Assembly (NCBI GenBank): GCA_964373055.1
Contig: CAYJTM010000001.1
Coordinates: 28,688-92,687 of the forward strand
Direction of reading: 5' to 3'
Origin: an uncultured Planctomycetia bacterium
Lineage (GTDB): Bacteria > Omnitrophota > Gorgyraeia > 1-14-0-20-64-10
DNA: 64,000 bases
Below, one piece after another: positions 36,666 through 46,300 of the stretch. A program made the translations under genes and the position numbers. Each line of letters begins with the position of its first letter. Position 1 is the stretch's first letter. The notes beneath the pieces were generated by a model that saw only the letters and a program-made list of their open reading frames with translations, was not told where the DNA came from and searched no databases.

Positions 36666-38423
36666 TTAACGCTGGCTGGCCGCGTCGCCACCGCGACGCG
36701 GCATTTCCTCGGCAGCAAGGAGGGTGCCGCCTCGGTCAGAGACGGCCGGGACGGTCGGTTTACTTTGGAAGTAGGAACAGACCCGCTGTTGGTCATCCAG
36801 CGAATGGATCTCCGACCAGCCGTGATCGATCTCCATGCCGAACATGGGGACCTGCTGCTCAAGCAGGTCCAGCAGGAGATCGGTGAAATCGGCCTTTTCC
36901 ACCGTGGGGGATTCGTGATAGGGGCGGTCCTGGGTCCGGCCCAGGGCTTGGCGCCAGGCGGCCTGGAGTTTCGCGAAGCCCTCCGCCCGGAGATAGGCCA
37001 AGCCGATGAACTCATGCCCCGCCTTCTCGCGCGGGACCCGTTTACCGATGGAGCGGATCCTCTTGAAGCCCGAAAGCCGCAGGTCCCTGGAGCCCTCGGC
37101 GGCGGAAGGGGTCTCCTCCACCCAGACGAGATCCAACGGCTTGTCCCGCGGGGGGAGGGTCCGGTACGCGCGGTCCATCACCAGCGTGATCTCATGGGGG
37201 CTGCGCAGAAGCCGCTCGAGGATTTGCGGATCGAACAGGATATCCGAATAAAGGATCAGCACGTCCCGGTTCGACGGGTTCTGCACCTGCAGAATGGATT
37301 GGGCGCACCCGCAGCGCTCGTAATCAGGGTTGTAGAGCACGGTGACCGACTCCGCCTGTATCTTGTCATGCAGATGCCCACCCACCACGGTGACCTCCTG
37401 GACCCCGGCCGAGCGCAAAAGGTCGACCTGCCTCTCCAGCAGCGTCCTGCCGGCGATGTCCACCATGCAGAGCGGCTTGTCCTTGAGCAGGTCCAGAAGG
37501 TCCGCCTGGAAGCGGTGGTCCCGCGCGGCCGGGATGACCGCCCTGACCTTGCCCCGGTCCAGGAACCTCTTTTCCTCTTCCTTCATCCGCGTGAGCCCCT
37601 GCAGCTCGAATACCTCCTGTAAGGAAGCGATCTCCTTCTCCACCGCCGCCGTCGACCCGCTCGCGGCGATCGTCTGGAACACGCGGTCCAGCGCGCGGAT
37701 GGAGGCCCGCAGGCCCTGGTTGGCGTAGATCACCATCGAGAAGCCTTCCCGCTCCAGTTCCGAGGCCGTCACCTTGAAGTAGGTGGTCGGGATCGCCACC
37801 AGCGGGGCCCGGCGCCGCCACCTTCGGGCGAAGGCAAAGATCTCATCAGGGGTGGAGGCCTTCGAATGGATGACGATGCCGTCCGCGCCCGCCTCGGCGT
37901 ACGCCTGGGCCCGCCGGAGCGCCTCCTCCAGCCCAAAGCCGGCAATCAGCGCCTCCACCCTGGCAAAGACCATAAAATCAGCGCCGCGCTGGGCCTCTTT
38001 GGCCGCCCGGATTTTTCCGGAAAACTCTTCCAGTGAAACCAATTCCTGCCGGCCCTGCACCAAGCTGTTGAGCTTCGGAAAACGCTGGTCCTCGATGACG
38101 ACGGCGGCTAGGCCCACCGCCTCATAACGCCGCACCATGTGCATCACATTGGAGGCGTTCCCGTAGCCGGTATCACAGTCGCAGACGACCGGAAGCTGGG
38201 TCGCGTCGTTCATCGCCCGGGCGGCTTCCAAGTTCTCGGTCATTGTCAGGAGGTTGGCGTCGGGCAGCCCGTACGCGGTGGAGACCTCCAACCCGCTCGC
38301 CCAAACCCCATCGAACCGGTGCCGCTCAACCAAGCGGGCTCCCAGCCCGTTGTGCGCCCCCATGATCCGGACGATCCCGCCTGATGCCAGCCGTTCCCGA
38401 AGGACCGATGACTTATCCGTCAT
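36666..38423 (-). CDS. Fusion: N-terminal phosphoenolpyruvate mutase-like (ICL/PEPM superfamily) + C-terminal MobA/LicC-like nucleotidyltransferase
   Basis: 585 aa; IMGAHNGLGA, DCDTGYG, EDQRFPKLNS (PEPM E-D-K-x5-N-S signature with K->Q), then KVRAVIPAARDHRF...VVGGHL nucleotidyltransferase domain. Architecture resembles the Ppm-nucleotidyltransferase fusions of phosphonate-glycan pathways as recalled. Confidence 0.7.
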   Translation of the reverse strand: MTDKSSVLRERLASGGIVRIMGAHNGLGARLVERHRFDGVWASGLEVSTAYGLPDANLLTMTENLEAARAMNDATQLPVVCDCDTGYGNASNVMHMVRRYEAVGLAAVVIEDQRFPKLNSLVQGRQELVSLEEFSGKIRAAKEAQRGADFMVFARVEALIAGFGLEEALRRAQAYAEAGADGIVIHSKASTPDEIFAFARRWRRRAPLVAIPTTYFKVTASELEREGFSMVIYANQGLRASIRALDRVFQTIAASGSTAAVEKEIASLQEVFELQGLTRMKEEEKRFLDRGKVRAVIPAARDHRFQADLLDLLKDKPLCMVDIAGRTLLERQVDLLRSAGVQEVTVVGGHLHDKIQAESVTVLYNPDYERCGCAQSILQVQNPSNRDVLILYSDILFDPQILERLLRSPHEITLVMDRAYRTLPPRDKPLDLVWVEETPSAAEGSRDLRLSGFKRIRSIGKRVPREKAGHEFIGLAYLRAEGFAKLQAAWRQALGRTQDRPYHESPTVEKADFTDLLLDLLEQQVPMFGMEIDHGWSEIHSLDDQQRVCSYFQSKPTVPAVSDRGGTLLAAEEMPRRGGDAASQR

Positions 38424-39726
38424 TAGCAGTTCCCTCCAAAAGTCGGTGATGCATCAGCAGCGCGCAAAACCCGAGCAGCAGCAGGCCATAAAACGGTAGG
38501 GACCACCAGAGGTACATCAGGGAATGCTGTTGGCCCCAGACCGGATGCGGCGGCAGCTTGTTCAGGGCGCCCCCGGGAATCACCATGCCAGTCAGGCCGT
38601 AGGCCAGACCGAACAGGCCGACGTGCACGGCCGAGAAAGAGTCCCGGCGCTGGATCAGCAGCAGGCCCACCGCCACGAACCCGGGCAGCACGAGGATCGA
38701 GTAATGGACCCGGGAAGCTTGGGAGATGACCAGGATCATCACGAGGGAGAGGGTCGCCTCGAGCAGGTGCAGCGGCCAGCGGTCTTCCCGCTCCCGCCGG
38801 CTCCACCGGCCGCGCAGCAGGAAGAGGAGCCACCCGACCACCGCAAGCCCCTTCAAGGCCTTCGCAAGTCCAAGCGCCAGTGCCGGATTGGGCACCGGCA
38901 TGTAGGTTCCGCGCCGGATGTATTCGAAAAAGGAGGTTCGAGGCTCCGGCCGGGCGAACCAGCGATTGATGGTGCCGCTCAAGGTTTGCATCTCCACGCT
39001 GGCTTCCGGCCGGTTCCCCTCATGCTGGTGGTCCAACATCAGGGCGGTCGCACGGCCGAAAAACCCGGAGGAGAGAATCTTCGGGCCGAACGAGGCGAAA
39101 ACGGCCCCCAGCACCACGGCTGCCCCGAGCAGTGAACCCAGCAGGACCTTCCATTCCCGCTTGGCTCCGAAATGGACCAGCAGCAGCGCCGGAAGGTACT
39201 TCAGGTTCGCGGCCGCCATCAGCAGGCCCCCGCACAGCAGATCCCTGTGCCGCCGGAACGCCCGCAAGGCGAAGCAAATCAGCAGGAACTCGATCCCTTC
39301 CACCTTGTGCTGCGCGAGCGTCTCCAGAAAAGGTTGGGAGTTGACCACCAGCGCCGCCGTGACCCCGTACGCAATCCACGGCGGACGGGAGGGGCCGGTC
39401 CAGACGGCCTGTGTCAGGCAAAGAATGGCGGCCGGGTAAAACAAGAACTGGAGGAAATAGAAGATGAAAGCGCAGCGGCGCTGACCGCCGGCCAGCGCGT
39501 CGACCCACAGCAGCAGCGCGTAATAGAATGGCGGGTGGAGGTGCCACGAGGTGCCGCTTGGCGCGGGGGAGTCCAGGGAAACTTTCCATTCCATCGCTTC
39601 CTGATAGACCCGGTTGAAATCGCCGCTGGCGGCCCCTCGAAAAACGCTGTACTGCGTCACCGAGAAAGCCAGGTGCAGCGCCGTGTAAGCGAGCAATAAG
39701 GCCCAAAGGATCTTCTTAAGCGACAT
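38413..39726 (-). CDS. Polytopic membrane protein, DUF2029/GT87-like GT-C glycosyltransferase candidate
   Basis: ~437 aa, >10 TM helices; start MSLKKILWALLL (39726). Confidence 0.55.
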   Translation of the reverse strand: MSLKKILWALLLAYTALHLAFSVTQYSVFRGAASGDFNRVYQEAMEWKVSLDSPAPSGTSWHLHPPFYYALLLWVDALAGGQRRCAFIFYFLQFLFYPAAILCLTQAVWTGPSRPPWIAYGVTAALVVNSQPFLETLAQHKVEGIEFLLICFALRAFRRHRDLLCGGLLMAAANLKYLPALLLVHFGAKREWKVLLGSLLGAAVVLGAVFASFGPKILSSGFFGRATALMLDHQHEGNRPEASVEMQTLSGTINRWFARPEPRTSFFEYIRRGTYMPVPNPALALGLAKALKGLAVVGWLLFLLRGRWSRREREDRWPLHLLEATLSLVMILVISQASRVHYSILVLPGFVAVGLLLIQRRDSFSAVHVGLFGLAYGLTGMVIPGGALNKLPPHPVWGQQHSLMYLWWSLPFYGLLLLGFCALLMHHRLLEGTANDG

Positions 39727-40414
39727 CGCCTTCCCCCTTTGACGCGACGACCGCCACATAGGTGAACAGGTCTCCGGGTCCGAAGTCCGACCGAAGCAGT
39801 GTGAGCCGGTTGCGTCCCATCATCTCCCGGATCCACCGGAAAGAATGGATGCGGGAGAACTCGTCTGGATGCAGCTTGAGCGGTTGCCGGCGGAAACGGT
39901 TCGCAATCCCCGTGAACAGCCCCAGCGCGATCACCGACAGGCCGAAATCCGGGGGCCAGAAAAGGACCATGCGCCCCCCGTCTTTCAACACCCGCTTGAA
40001 CTCCGATAGGATTGAGCCGATCTGTTCCTCCGTGAAGTGCTCCATCACGCCGAAATTGAAGATGCCGTCCATTGAGCCCGAAGCGTACGGCAGCCTAAAA
40101 ATGTCCCCGCAAGCGTAATTGCGCCTTAAATTCATCGGTTGACGCTGATGCAGTTTCATCGCCACCGGCGACAAATCCAAGAAGTGGAACCGGGACCGCG
40201 AGAGCGGGATCCGCTGGTCCGAGCCACCGCTGCCGCAACCGGCATGCAGGTAATTCCGCTCAGGTCCGTCCGGAAAATGCCGGTTTAAGACCCGGGCCGC
40301 CGATCGGGAGATGATCTGGTCCCGGTAAAATTGTGCAATCACCTGATAAGGGTTTTGTCGGCGCGGTTCGGCTGCCCGGGTCCAGTAAAGATCCCACTCC
40401 ATGGTCTGGGTCAT
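39716..40414 (-). CDS. Class I SAM-dependent methyltransferase
   Basis: Start MTQTMEW (40414, ATGA overlap); YLHAGCGSGGSD motif I. The upstream 242 aa of the ORF track overlap the next gene and are discarded. Confidence 0.72.
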   Translation of the reverse strand: MTQTMEWDLYWTRAAEPRRQNPYQVIAQFYRDQIISRSAARVLNRHFPDGPERNYLHAGCGSGGSDQRIPLSRSRFHFLDLSPVAMKLHQRQPMNLRRNYACGDIFRLPYASGSMDGIFNFGVMEHFTEEQIGSILSEFKRVLKDGGRMVLFWPPDFGLSVIALGLFTGIANRFRRQPLKLHPDEFSRIHSFRWIREMMGRNRLTLLRSDFGPGDLFTYVAVVASKGEGDVA

Positions 40415-41283
40415 GGCTTCCTGAAGATCGCAAACATCTCGCCGGGAAGGGCCAGCGTGACCTTCAAGCCCGAGATGGCCGGATGTGCCGTCAGCCGCCG
40501 GGCGGCCGAGCCGATGGCCGGATAACGGCTCAGCGATTTCGCCACCGATCCCAACGTGGTCACGTGAGGGTAGCGACCGACCCAGACCTCCTGGAATCCG
40601 GCCTGAACGAAGGCGCAGCGCAGCGAGTGGTGGCTGAAGACCTGAAGATGTTGCCCCTGGATGTACCACCACTGTCTGCCGAATAAACGCGCCGGCAAGC
40701 TTGCGATGTCGCCGGTCCACAGGCAAACGAGTCCCCCGCCGCGGAGCAGCCCGTGCATTCTGCGGATCTCTTCGACCGGTTGCTCGAAATGTTCTATGAC
40801 GCCCCAGAGCGTCAGCAGATCGTAGGGTTCGCTTGGGCGGAAATCGGCCAGCTTGGACCGGTGGACCGTGAGCCCTCGCGAGCGGGCGATGTCGGCCGCC
40901 CAGCCGGAAAGCTCCAGTCCTTCCGTTTGGAAATGGCGGCGGGCCTCTGACAGGAAGTCTCCCGTCGCGCAGCCGATGTCCAGCAGCCGCCCCGATGGCC
41001 GGTAGCCGGTGATCCTGCGCAGCACGCGGCGGGCGCTCACCAGCCGCTCCGGTTGGCGCTTCAGGTAAGCCGGGTCCTCCACCTCCTCGTACTGTTGCCA
41101 GAGCTGGGCCGGCCGCGGCGAGGCATAGCCATGCCGACAATCCCGGCAGAAAACCACGCGGTAGGTCTTCATGTGATCCGGCGTGAAGTCATAGCCGAAC
41201 CGAGGCAGCTGGGTCTCCAGCGTGTCGGGGTAAAGCTGCGCGTGGCCATCCTGGCCGCATAGGGGACAAGGAAAATGGATCAT
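40411..41283 (-). CDS. Zinc-ribbon SAM-dependent methyltransferase (class I)
   Basis: 290 aa; CPLCG...CRDC ribbon, LLDIGCATGDF motif I. Confidence 0.8.
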   Translation of the reverse strand: MIHFPCPLCGQDGHAQLYPDTLETQLPRFGYDFTPDHMKTYRVVFCRDCRHGYASPRPAQLWQQYEEVEDPAYLKRQPERLVSARRVLRRITGYRPSGRLLDIGCATGDFLSEARRHFQTEGLELSGWAADIARSRGLTVHRSKLADFRPSEPYDLLTLWGVIEHFEQPVEEIRRMHGLLRGGGLVCLWTGDIASLPARLFGRQWWYIQGQHLQVFSHHSLRCAFVQAGFQEVWVGRYPHVTTLGSVAKSLSRYPAIGSAARRLTAHPAISGLKVTLALPGEMFAIFRKP

Positions 41284-42011
41284 GAGGGATGGGACCCGTT
41301 TCGGGCCATCCGCTGAAGACTCAGTCTACAGAGCGTCTTGACCGCTCGCAGGATCTCGGCCCGGGAGATCTTGGATTTCCCCTGGTGGCGGGAGCTGATG
41401 ACGATGGGGACCTCGCCGACCGTGTGCCCTTTCTTCCGGATGTGGAACAGCATCTCGATCAAGAAGGCGTAACCTTCCGCCTGGATCTCATCCAGATTGA
41501 TCTCCTTGAGGAGCGCCACCGGGTATAGGCGAAACCCGCCGGTGCAGTCGTACGGAATCCGCAGGAAGGAGGTCGTCAGCCCGTGAGCAATATGGGTCAA
41601 GATCCTCCTGGGGAGGCTCCAGCCCGCCAGCCCGCCTCCGGGCAGGTAGCGGGAACCCACCACCACGTCGGCGAAGTTCGAGCCCGCGATCAGCTGTTTC
41701 AGGTACCGGGGGGAATGCGCGAAATCCGCGTCCATCGTGAGGACCCAACGGTAACCGCGTTGCATGGCGTACCGGAAGCCGGCCTTGTGGGCCCCGCCTA
41801 TCCCTAACTTCCCCGCCCGGTGAAGAACCGTCACCGGCGCCTCCGATTTCAAAGCCTCCGCCACTTGGCCGGTGCCATCCGGCGAATGGTCGTCAATGAC
41901 CAGGATATCCAGCGGCAGTTTCTCCTGAACAATCTCCCGGATCAGGCGAGGCAGATTCTCCGCTTCATTGTACGTGGGGATCACCACCAGCGTTTCGGCC
42001 CAAGGAGCCAT
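41280..42011 (-). CDS. GT2 polyprenyl-phosphate glycosyltransferase (GtrB/CsbB/DPM1/ArnC-like)
   Basis: Start MAPWAETLVVIPTYNE (42011); LVIDDHSPDGT, DADF, RGYAF...KGHTVGEVPI typical of Dpm1-like GT2. Confidence 0.82.
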   Translation of the reverse strand: MAPWAETLVVIPTYNEAENLPRLIREIVQEKLPLDILVIDDHSPDGTGQVAEALKSEAPVTVLHRAGKLGIGGAHKAGFRYAMQRGYRWVLTMDADFAHSPRYLKQLIAGSNFADVVVGSRYLPGGGLAGWSLPRRILTHIAHGLTTSFLRIPYDCTGGFRLYPVALLKEINLDEIQAEGYAFLIEMLFHIRKKGHTVGEVPIVISSRHQGKSKISRAEILRAVKTLCRLSLQRMARNGSHPS

Positions 42012-43315
42012 CAAACAACCCTGGGCTCGGGGAACGCAACAACAAACCGGGTGCCGCCGGCGCGGAGCACTTTTTCCCGCTCGAGAAAACCCTCCAGGAA
42101 ATGCCATGGAAGGACCAGCAAAAGGTCCGGTTTCGCGCGGCGCATCTCTTCCTCCGAACAGATGGGAATGGAAGTGCCGGGGGTGCGCCTGCCCCATTTC
42201 GCCGGATTTCGGTCGGCGATCGCGGCCAGGTCTTCCGGCCCGAAACCGCAGTACTGCAGCAGGACATTGCCTTTGGTGGAGGCCCCGTAGCCATAGACCG
42301 ACTTCCCTTCCCGCGCGGCCTGCCTCACCAGCTCCTGAGTGGCCGACCGGATCCGGACCGCGTTGGCTTGGAAACGAGCGAAGCGTTCAGGGCTGTACAC
42401 GGCGGCCCGTTCCTCATCCGCCAACGCCCGATCGATCCTGCGCTGAGCTTCCGGATCCGGCCCCGGCTGGCCGGAGGTCTTTCGAAACGAGCAGCGCATG
42501 CTCCCGCCGTTGGAGGAATTGAAGGCCACATCCTCCAAACGGAAACCGCAGGTCTGGGCGAGACGGTTCATGCAGTTCAAGCTGTAATAGCCCAGGTGCT
42601 CATGGCAGATGGCGTCGAACGCGTTGGTCTCCAGCATGGACCCCCAGTAGTGCAGCTCCACGACCCACAGCCCATCTTCCGCGAGGATCCGGTGGATCTG
42701 GCGGCAGAACCCGGCGGGGTCCTCAATGTCGTAGAACATCGCGACGGTGGTCACGGCCCTGGCCTTCCGGCCCGGGCACTCCTTTTGAAGGTCCTGGGCG
42801 CCGGTTTGGCTGCTGAAGAAGCTCCGGAGGACGCGGACACCCCGCCGCTCGGCGACCGCCGCGGCATCGGAGGGCTCGAACCCAAACCGGACCAGGCCCG
42901 GTTCACGATAGGCCAGCAACGTGGTCCCGTCATTGGCGCCGATGTCCACCACGAGGTCGCCGGCTTTCAGATCGAGCCGGGACTCGATCTCCGCGGACAG
43001 CTGTTCCAGGTGCCGGCGCATGGTTTCATTGAGGCCGGAGCGGTAGCCGTAATCTTGGAACATCAGATCCGGAGGCACAGAATGCCGAAGCTGAATGAAA
43101 CCGCATCCTTTCGAAGAAGGATCGCAGCAGACGACTTCCAGGGGGACTGCAGCCCTCAATTGGTTCTGGGGTCTGCCGTCATCGAACAGGCCGGCCAAGA
43201 ACTGGGAGCCAAGGTCAATGACCGGGCGCAGCAGGCGGCCGCCGCAGACGCGGCAGGCCTGAATCACCCGCACCCGTTTTTCCCAGCCCTGGAGGGACTG
43301 ATCAACGGTGGGCAT
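42011..43315 (-). CDS. Zinc-ribbon SAM-dependent C-methyltransferase (TylCIII/NovU-like NDP-hexose C-methyltransferase family)
   Basis: 434 aa; CRVCGG...CCDPSSKGCG ribbon, VVDIGANDGT motif I, C-terminal C-methyltransferase domain (GYGASTKGNVLLQYCG). Confidence 0.78.
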   Translation of the reverse strand: MPTVDQSLQGWEKRVRVIQACRVCGGRLLRPVIDLGSQFLAGLFDDGRPQNQLRAAVPLEVVCCDPSSKGCGFIQLRHSVPPDLMFQDYGYRSGLNETMRRHLEQLSAEIESRLDLKAGDLVVDIGANDGTTLLAYREPGLVRFGFEPSDAAAVAERRGVRVLRSFFSSQTGAQDLQKECPGRKARAVTTVAMFYDIEDPAGFCRQIHRILAEDGLWVVELHYWGSMLETNAFDAICHEHLGYYSLNCMNRLAQTCGFRLEDVAFNSSNGGSMRCSFRKTSGQPGPDPEAQRRIDRALADEERAAVYSPERFARFQANAVRIRSATQELVRQAAREGKSVYGYGASTKGNVLLQYCGFGPEDLAAIADRNPAKWGRRTPGTSIPICSEEEMRRAKPDLLLVLPWHFLEGFLEREKVLRAGGTRFVVAFPEPRVV

Positions 43316-43652
43316 CGGATCTTCCCATCAGCCGCATCAAAAAGCTGGACTCCCAGACCGAGCGCCAATCCTCCGGCCCGAAGAGGCCGACCCCAGCGGC
43401 CACCAACCCCACGCCCCGCAGCGGAATGCCCCACGCGGCAACCTCCCGATGGAGCAGGAACAGAGCGAGCGCATTGGAAAGGATGGCCGCAGTAAGAAAA
43501 GCGGACAGGGCCCGCGGAGAAAGCCCCCACCCGAGGAGTTTACCGAGGAGGTCCTCGCTCTTCCGAAAGAACCCTTGCGCGAAGCGAGAACACGAGGAGA
43601 TCAGAAGGCTGCCCGCGAGGTAATCGCGAGTCGCGCGATTTTCCTCTCCCAT
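43302..43652 (-). CDS. Small membrane protein (~116 aa), possible GtrA-family
   Basis: Internal Met MGEENR at 43652 right after the upstream stop, AGGA 13 nt upstream; 3 hydrophobic helices. Alternatively non-coding. Confidence 0.35.
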   Translation of the reverse strand: MGEENRATRDYLAGSLLISSCSRFAQGFFRKSEDLLGKLLGWGLSPRALSAFLTAAILSNALALFLLHREVAAWGIPLRGVGLVAAGVGLFGPEDWRSVWESSFLMRLMGRSDAHR

Positions 43653-43653
43653 C

Positions 43654-44928
43654 TTACTTGATCCTTTTGTTCTCAAAATAATCATCTGAAAAGACCGCGA
43701 ACGGCTTGGAAATGACGATTCCGGAGTGTTCCTGACCGTTGATCTTAAACCAGATGCGCGCCCCCTGGTGCAACGGGCGTGCCCAGACGGATGAAACGAG
43801 CTTCCCCTCCTCCATCGTGATTTGAGCGGGCAGAAGCACTTCCGCGATGGGATAGGGGCCCATGTTGTAGTTCCTGTGCACGCCCGCAGCCCGCACCTGA
43901 CCCAGTGGACGCCTGAGTTTCCACTCCAGGGAGTCCTGAAACTCCTGCATCGCGCGCGCGCTCGGTTCGTCCAGCAGGACGGTGGCGACCATGAACGCCT
44001 GAAACCCAGAGCTGATATAGACGAGACCCTCGCCGATCCTGATCTTCGGTGCATCTTGGAGCTCAAAGCTCACGTCAGCTGCCCTTCCCGCTATCTTGGG
44101 GGTTGTTTTCAGTTGAATCTTCAAACACTCGGGGCTCACCAGGGTCGCCTCGCCGATCCGCTCTTCGTTGAGCCACACGGTGGTCCCATTGAGAAAGTGC
44201 TTTCCATAGAGGACTAAATCGACGGTATCTCCGAGAACAATCCGATCCGGCGCCACGGAAGTGATCTCGGGTGCCGGCGCCACGGTGACGGCCTCTTCCC
44301 AGGTGGCGGATTGGCCTCCGGCGTTGGTCACGGTCAACCGTTGTTGGCCCAGCGGCAGCGGAGGGCCTTTGCTGAAATCCGCGGAGAGCTTCCGAGTGGG
44401 GGCTGAGCTGTGCCTGTCCGCTGGAATTTCACGCTCTCCGAGGCGGATGGTGCACGAGCGAGAAAAGAAGTTTCCGGAGATATCCAGACGCGCGCCCTCC
44501 CCCGTGCTGTAGAGGATCTTCGGCTTGACCTCCGAGATCTTCGGTTCCCAAACGACTTCCAGAGGATCCGGGACGGTCGCGGTCCGGCCGTGACTGTCCC
44601 GCACCCACAATGCATAGACCCCGGGCTCAACCTCCTCGTTGATCTCGACCCCAAGGACCGAATCCTCCCAATAGACGCCCTTCCGCGAGATATGCTCGCC
44701 CAATCGGACGGTGGTGGGTGGATCAAAACCGGTTCCTCTCACAACCACAAATTGGCGGGGCCCCGCGACGATCCGCTTGGGCTCCACGTCGGCGATCTCG
44801 AGGGCCCGGTAGTGGGAAACGCCCACGGCGTAGGCAACCACACCCCCCATGCTTAAAAGAAAAAGTGAAACCAGCAGATCTAAAAGATTGAGCTTCCCGA
44901 AAAGGCGGCCCCGGCTATCCAGCCACAC
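43654..44928 (-). CDS. Membrane-anchored protein with three IPT/TIG-like Ig-fold repeats (function unknown)
   Basis: 424 aa; N-terminal TM LLDLLVSLFLLSMGGVVAYAV; repeated PKRIVAGPRQFVVVRGTGF / PKILYSTGEGARLDISGNFF / ITSVAPDRIVLGDTVDLVLYGKHF blocks. Confidence 0.55.
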   Translation of the reverse strand: MWLDSRGRLFGKLNLLDLLVSLFLLSMGGVVAYAVGVSHYRALEIADVEPKRIVAGPRQFVVVRGTGFDPPTTVRLGEHISRKGVYWEDSVLGVEINEEVEPGVYALWVRDSHGRTATVPDPLEVVWEPKISEVKPKILYSTGEGARLDISGNFFSRSCTIRLGEREIPADRHSSAPTRKLSADFSKGPPLPLGQQRLTVTNAGGQSATWEEAVTVAPAPEITSVAPDRIVLGDTVDLVLYGKHFLNGTTVWLNEERIGEATLVSPECLKIQLKTTPKIAGRAADVSFELQDAPKIRIGEGLVYISSGFQAFMVATVLLDEPSARAMQEFQDSLEWKLRRPLGQVRAAGVHRNYNMGPYPIAEVLLPAQITMEEGKLVSSVWARPLHQGARIWFKINGQEHSGIVISKPFAVFSDDYFENKRIK

Positions 44929-46300
44929 GGTTGGGCGCCTCCCCGGAAAACCCTTGCTTGCCGCGCGCGAAGATCCAGAAGCCGGCGGCGGAAAAGAGTA
45001 GAACCATAGGGGTTGTCATGTCCCGCATACGAACCAGGATCCCCACATTGCCGATGGACAGAGCGCCCATCAGGACCCAGAGGAGGAGAGGCGCGGCAAG
45101 GAAGGCGCAGTTCCAGGTGTTCCGGCGAATCCCCGCGGCAACGCCGATCAGCGCGAAGGGCAGCAGGAAATACCAGAGCACCATCTGGGGGATCATGAAA
45201 AAGGGGCTTCCGCTGACGGTGCGGCTCGGCAAGGGCTGAAAGAAATAGTGCGCCAACGCGGTGGGAGTTCTCCTAATCACCACCCCCACCAGGTCGGCTC
45301 TCCGGGTTTCGCTTTCCAGGTTATAGAACGGATCGGGAAGATACCGGTAGGTCATGCTGTCCGTCTGATATCCCATATGCCGGTAGACGGCGTAACCGAT
45401 CGCGCCCTGAATCCTCTTCGTTGGGTTGAAAACCATCAGGACAATGACCGCAAGCAGCAGAGCCGCGTACCACCGTTTCCGGATGCACCATTCCAACCCC
45501 CCTACGCCGAGCAAACAAACCATTAAAGCCAAGATCCACTCCTCTCTCCCGAGACTCTGCGCGACCCAGAAGATCGCCCCGAAGGCGCCTAAAATGGCGA
45601 TCCGGCGCTTGAGGCCAGGAGCGGTCCGAAGCGCGGCGAAAAGCAGCAGCAACAGCGTGATCAGAAGGAACAGCAACGGATCCTTCAGATTGCTCGCGGA
45701 CCAGACGAGAAGCGTGGGAAAGCAGGCGGCTAACCCACCCGCCCATCGGGCGATGCTGGATTGAAAACAGACCTTGGCGAGGTGGAAGAGGGCGATCACC
45801 TGCAGGGCGCCGAACCAGCAGTTCAGCCACTTCACGGAGAAGGGGCTGAAGCCGAAGGTATAGTAAAACCAGCCGACGACGAAGAGGTAGCCGTGGTGGC
45901 CGTACCTCGTGATGCGTTGAAGCACCGTGGGCGCCCGATTCCCGCTCGCGTAATGCGCCAGGGAGTACCCCCGTCCGGAGTAGTAGTCGCTGTCCCCCAG
46001 CCGAAGGAAAGCCCGGGACTGGTCGCTCATGCCGAGATCCCAAACGTGGGGAGGCCCCCATCGCGTAGGCAGGCGCCCCTCCACCTTCCATGAAATCGCA
46101 TCGAAGCAAACAGAGAGGCCCATGCGCAGGAAGAAGGCGACCAGGAACAGCCGGACCAGGAACACGCGGTCCCCCGGCGCGGTGAAGCGGCGGAGCGCCG
46201 CGCAGACGCTCGCCGCCAGAAACAGGACAAACACCCCCCCCGGCGAGAACGCCGCGGCGCCGCCCAGAAACGCCCCCAGCAACAACGGTTTTTTACTCAT
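44915..46300 (-). CDS. Polytopic membrane protein, putative GT-C glycosyltransferase (ArnT/PMT-like)
   Basis: Start MSKKPLLLGAFLGG (46300); ~461 aa with >10 TM helices. Confidence 0.55.
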   Translation of the reverse strand: MSKKPLLLGAFLGGAAAFSPGGVFVLFLAASVCAALRRFTAPGDRVFLVRLFLVAFFLRMGLSVCFDAISWKVEGRLPTRWGPPHVWDLGMSDQSRAFLRLGDSDYYSGRGYSLAHYASGNRAPTVLQRITRYGHHGYLFVVGWFYYTFGFSPFSVKWLNCWFGALQVIALFHLAKVCFQSSIARWAGGLAACFPTLLVWSASNLKDPLLFLLITLLLLLFAALRTAPGLKRRIAILGAFGAIFWVAQSLGREEWILALMVCLLGVGGLEWCIRKRWYAALLLAVIVLMVFNPTKRIQGAIGYAVYRHMGYQTDSMTYRYLPDPFYNLESETRRADLVGVVIRRTPTALAHYFFQPLPSRTVSGSPFFMIPQMVLWYFLLPFALIGVAAGIRRNTWNCAFLAAPLLLWVLMGALSIGNVGILVRMRDMTTPMVLLFSAAGFWIFARGKQGFSGEAPNRVAG

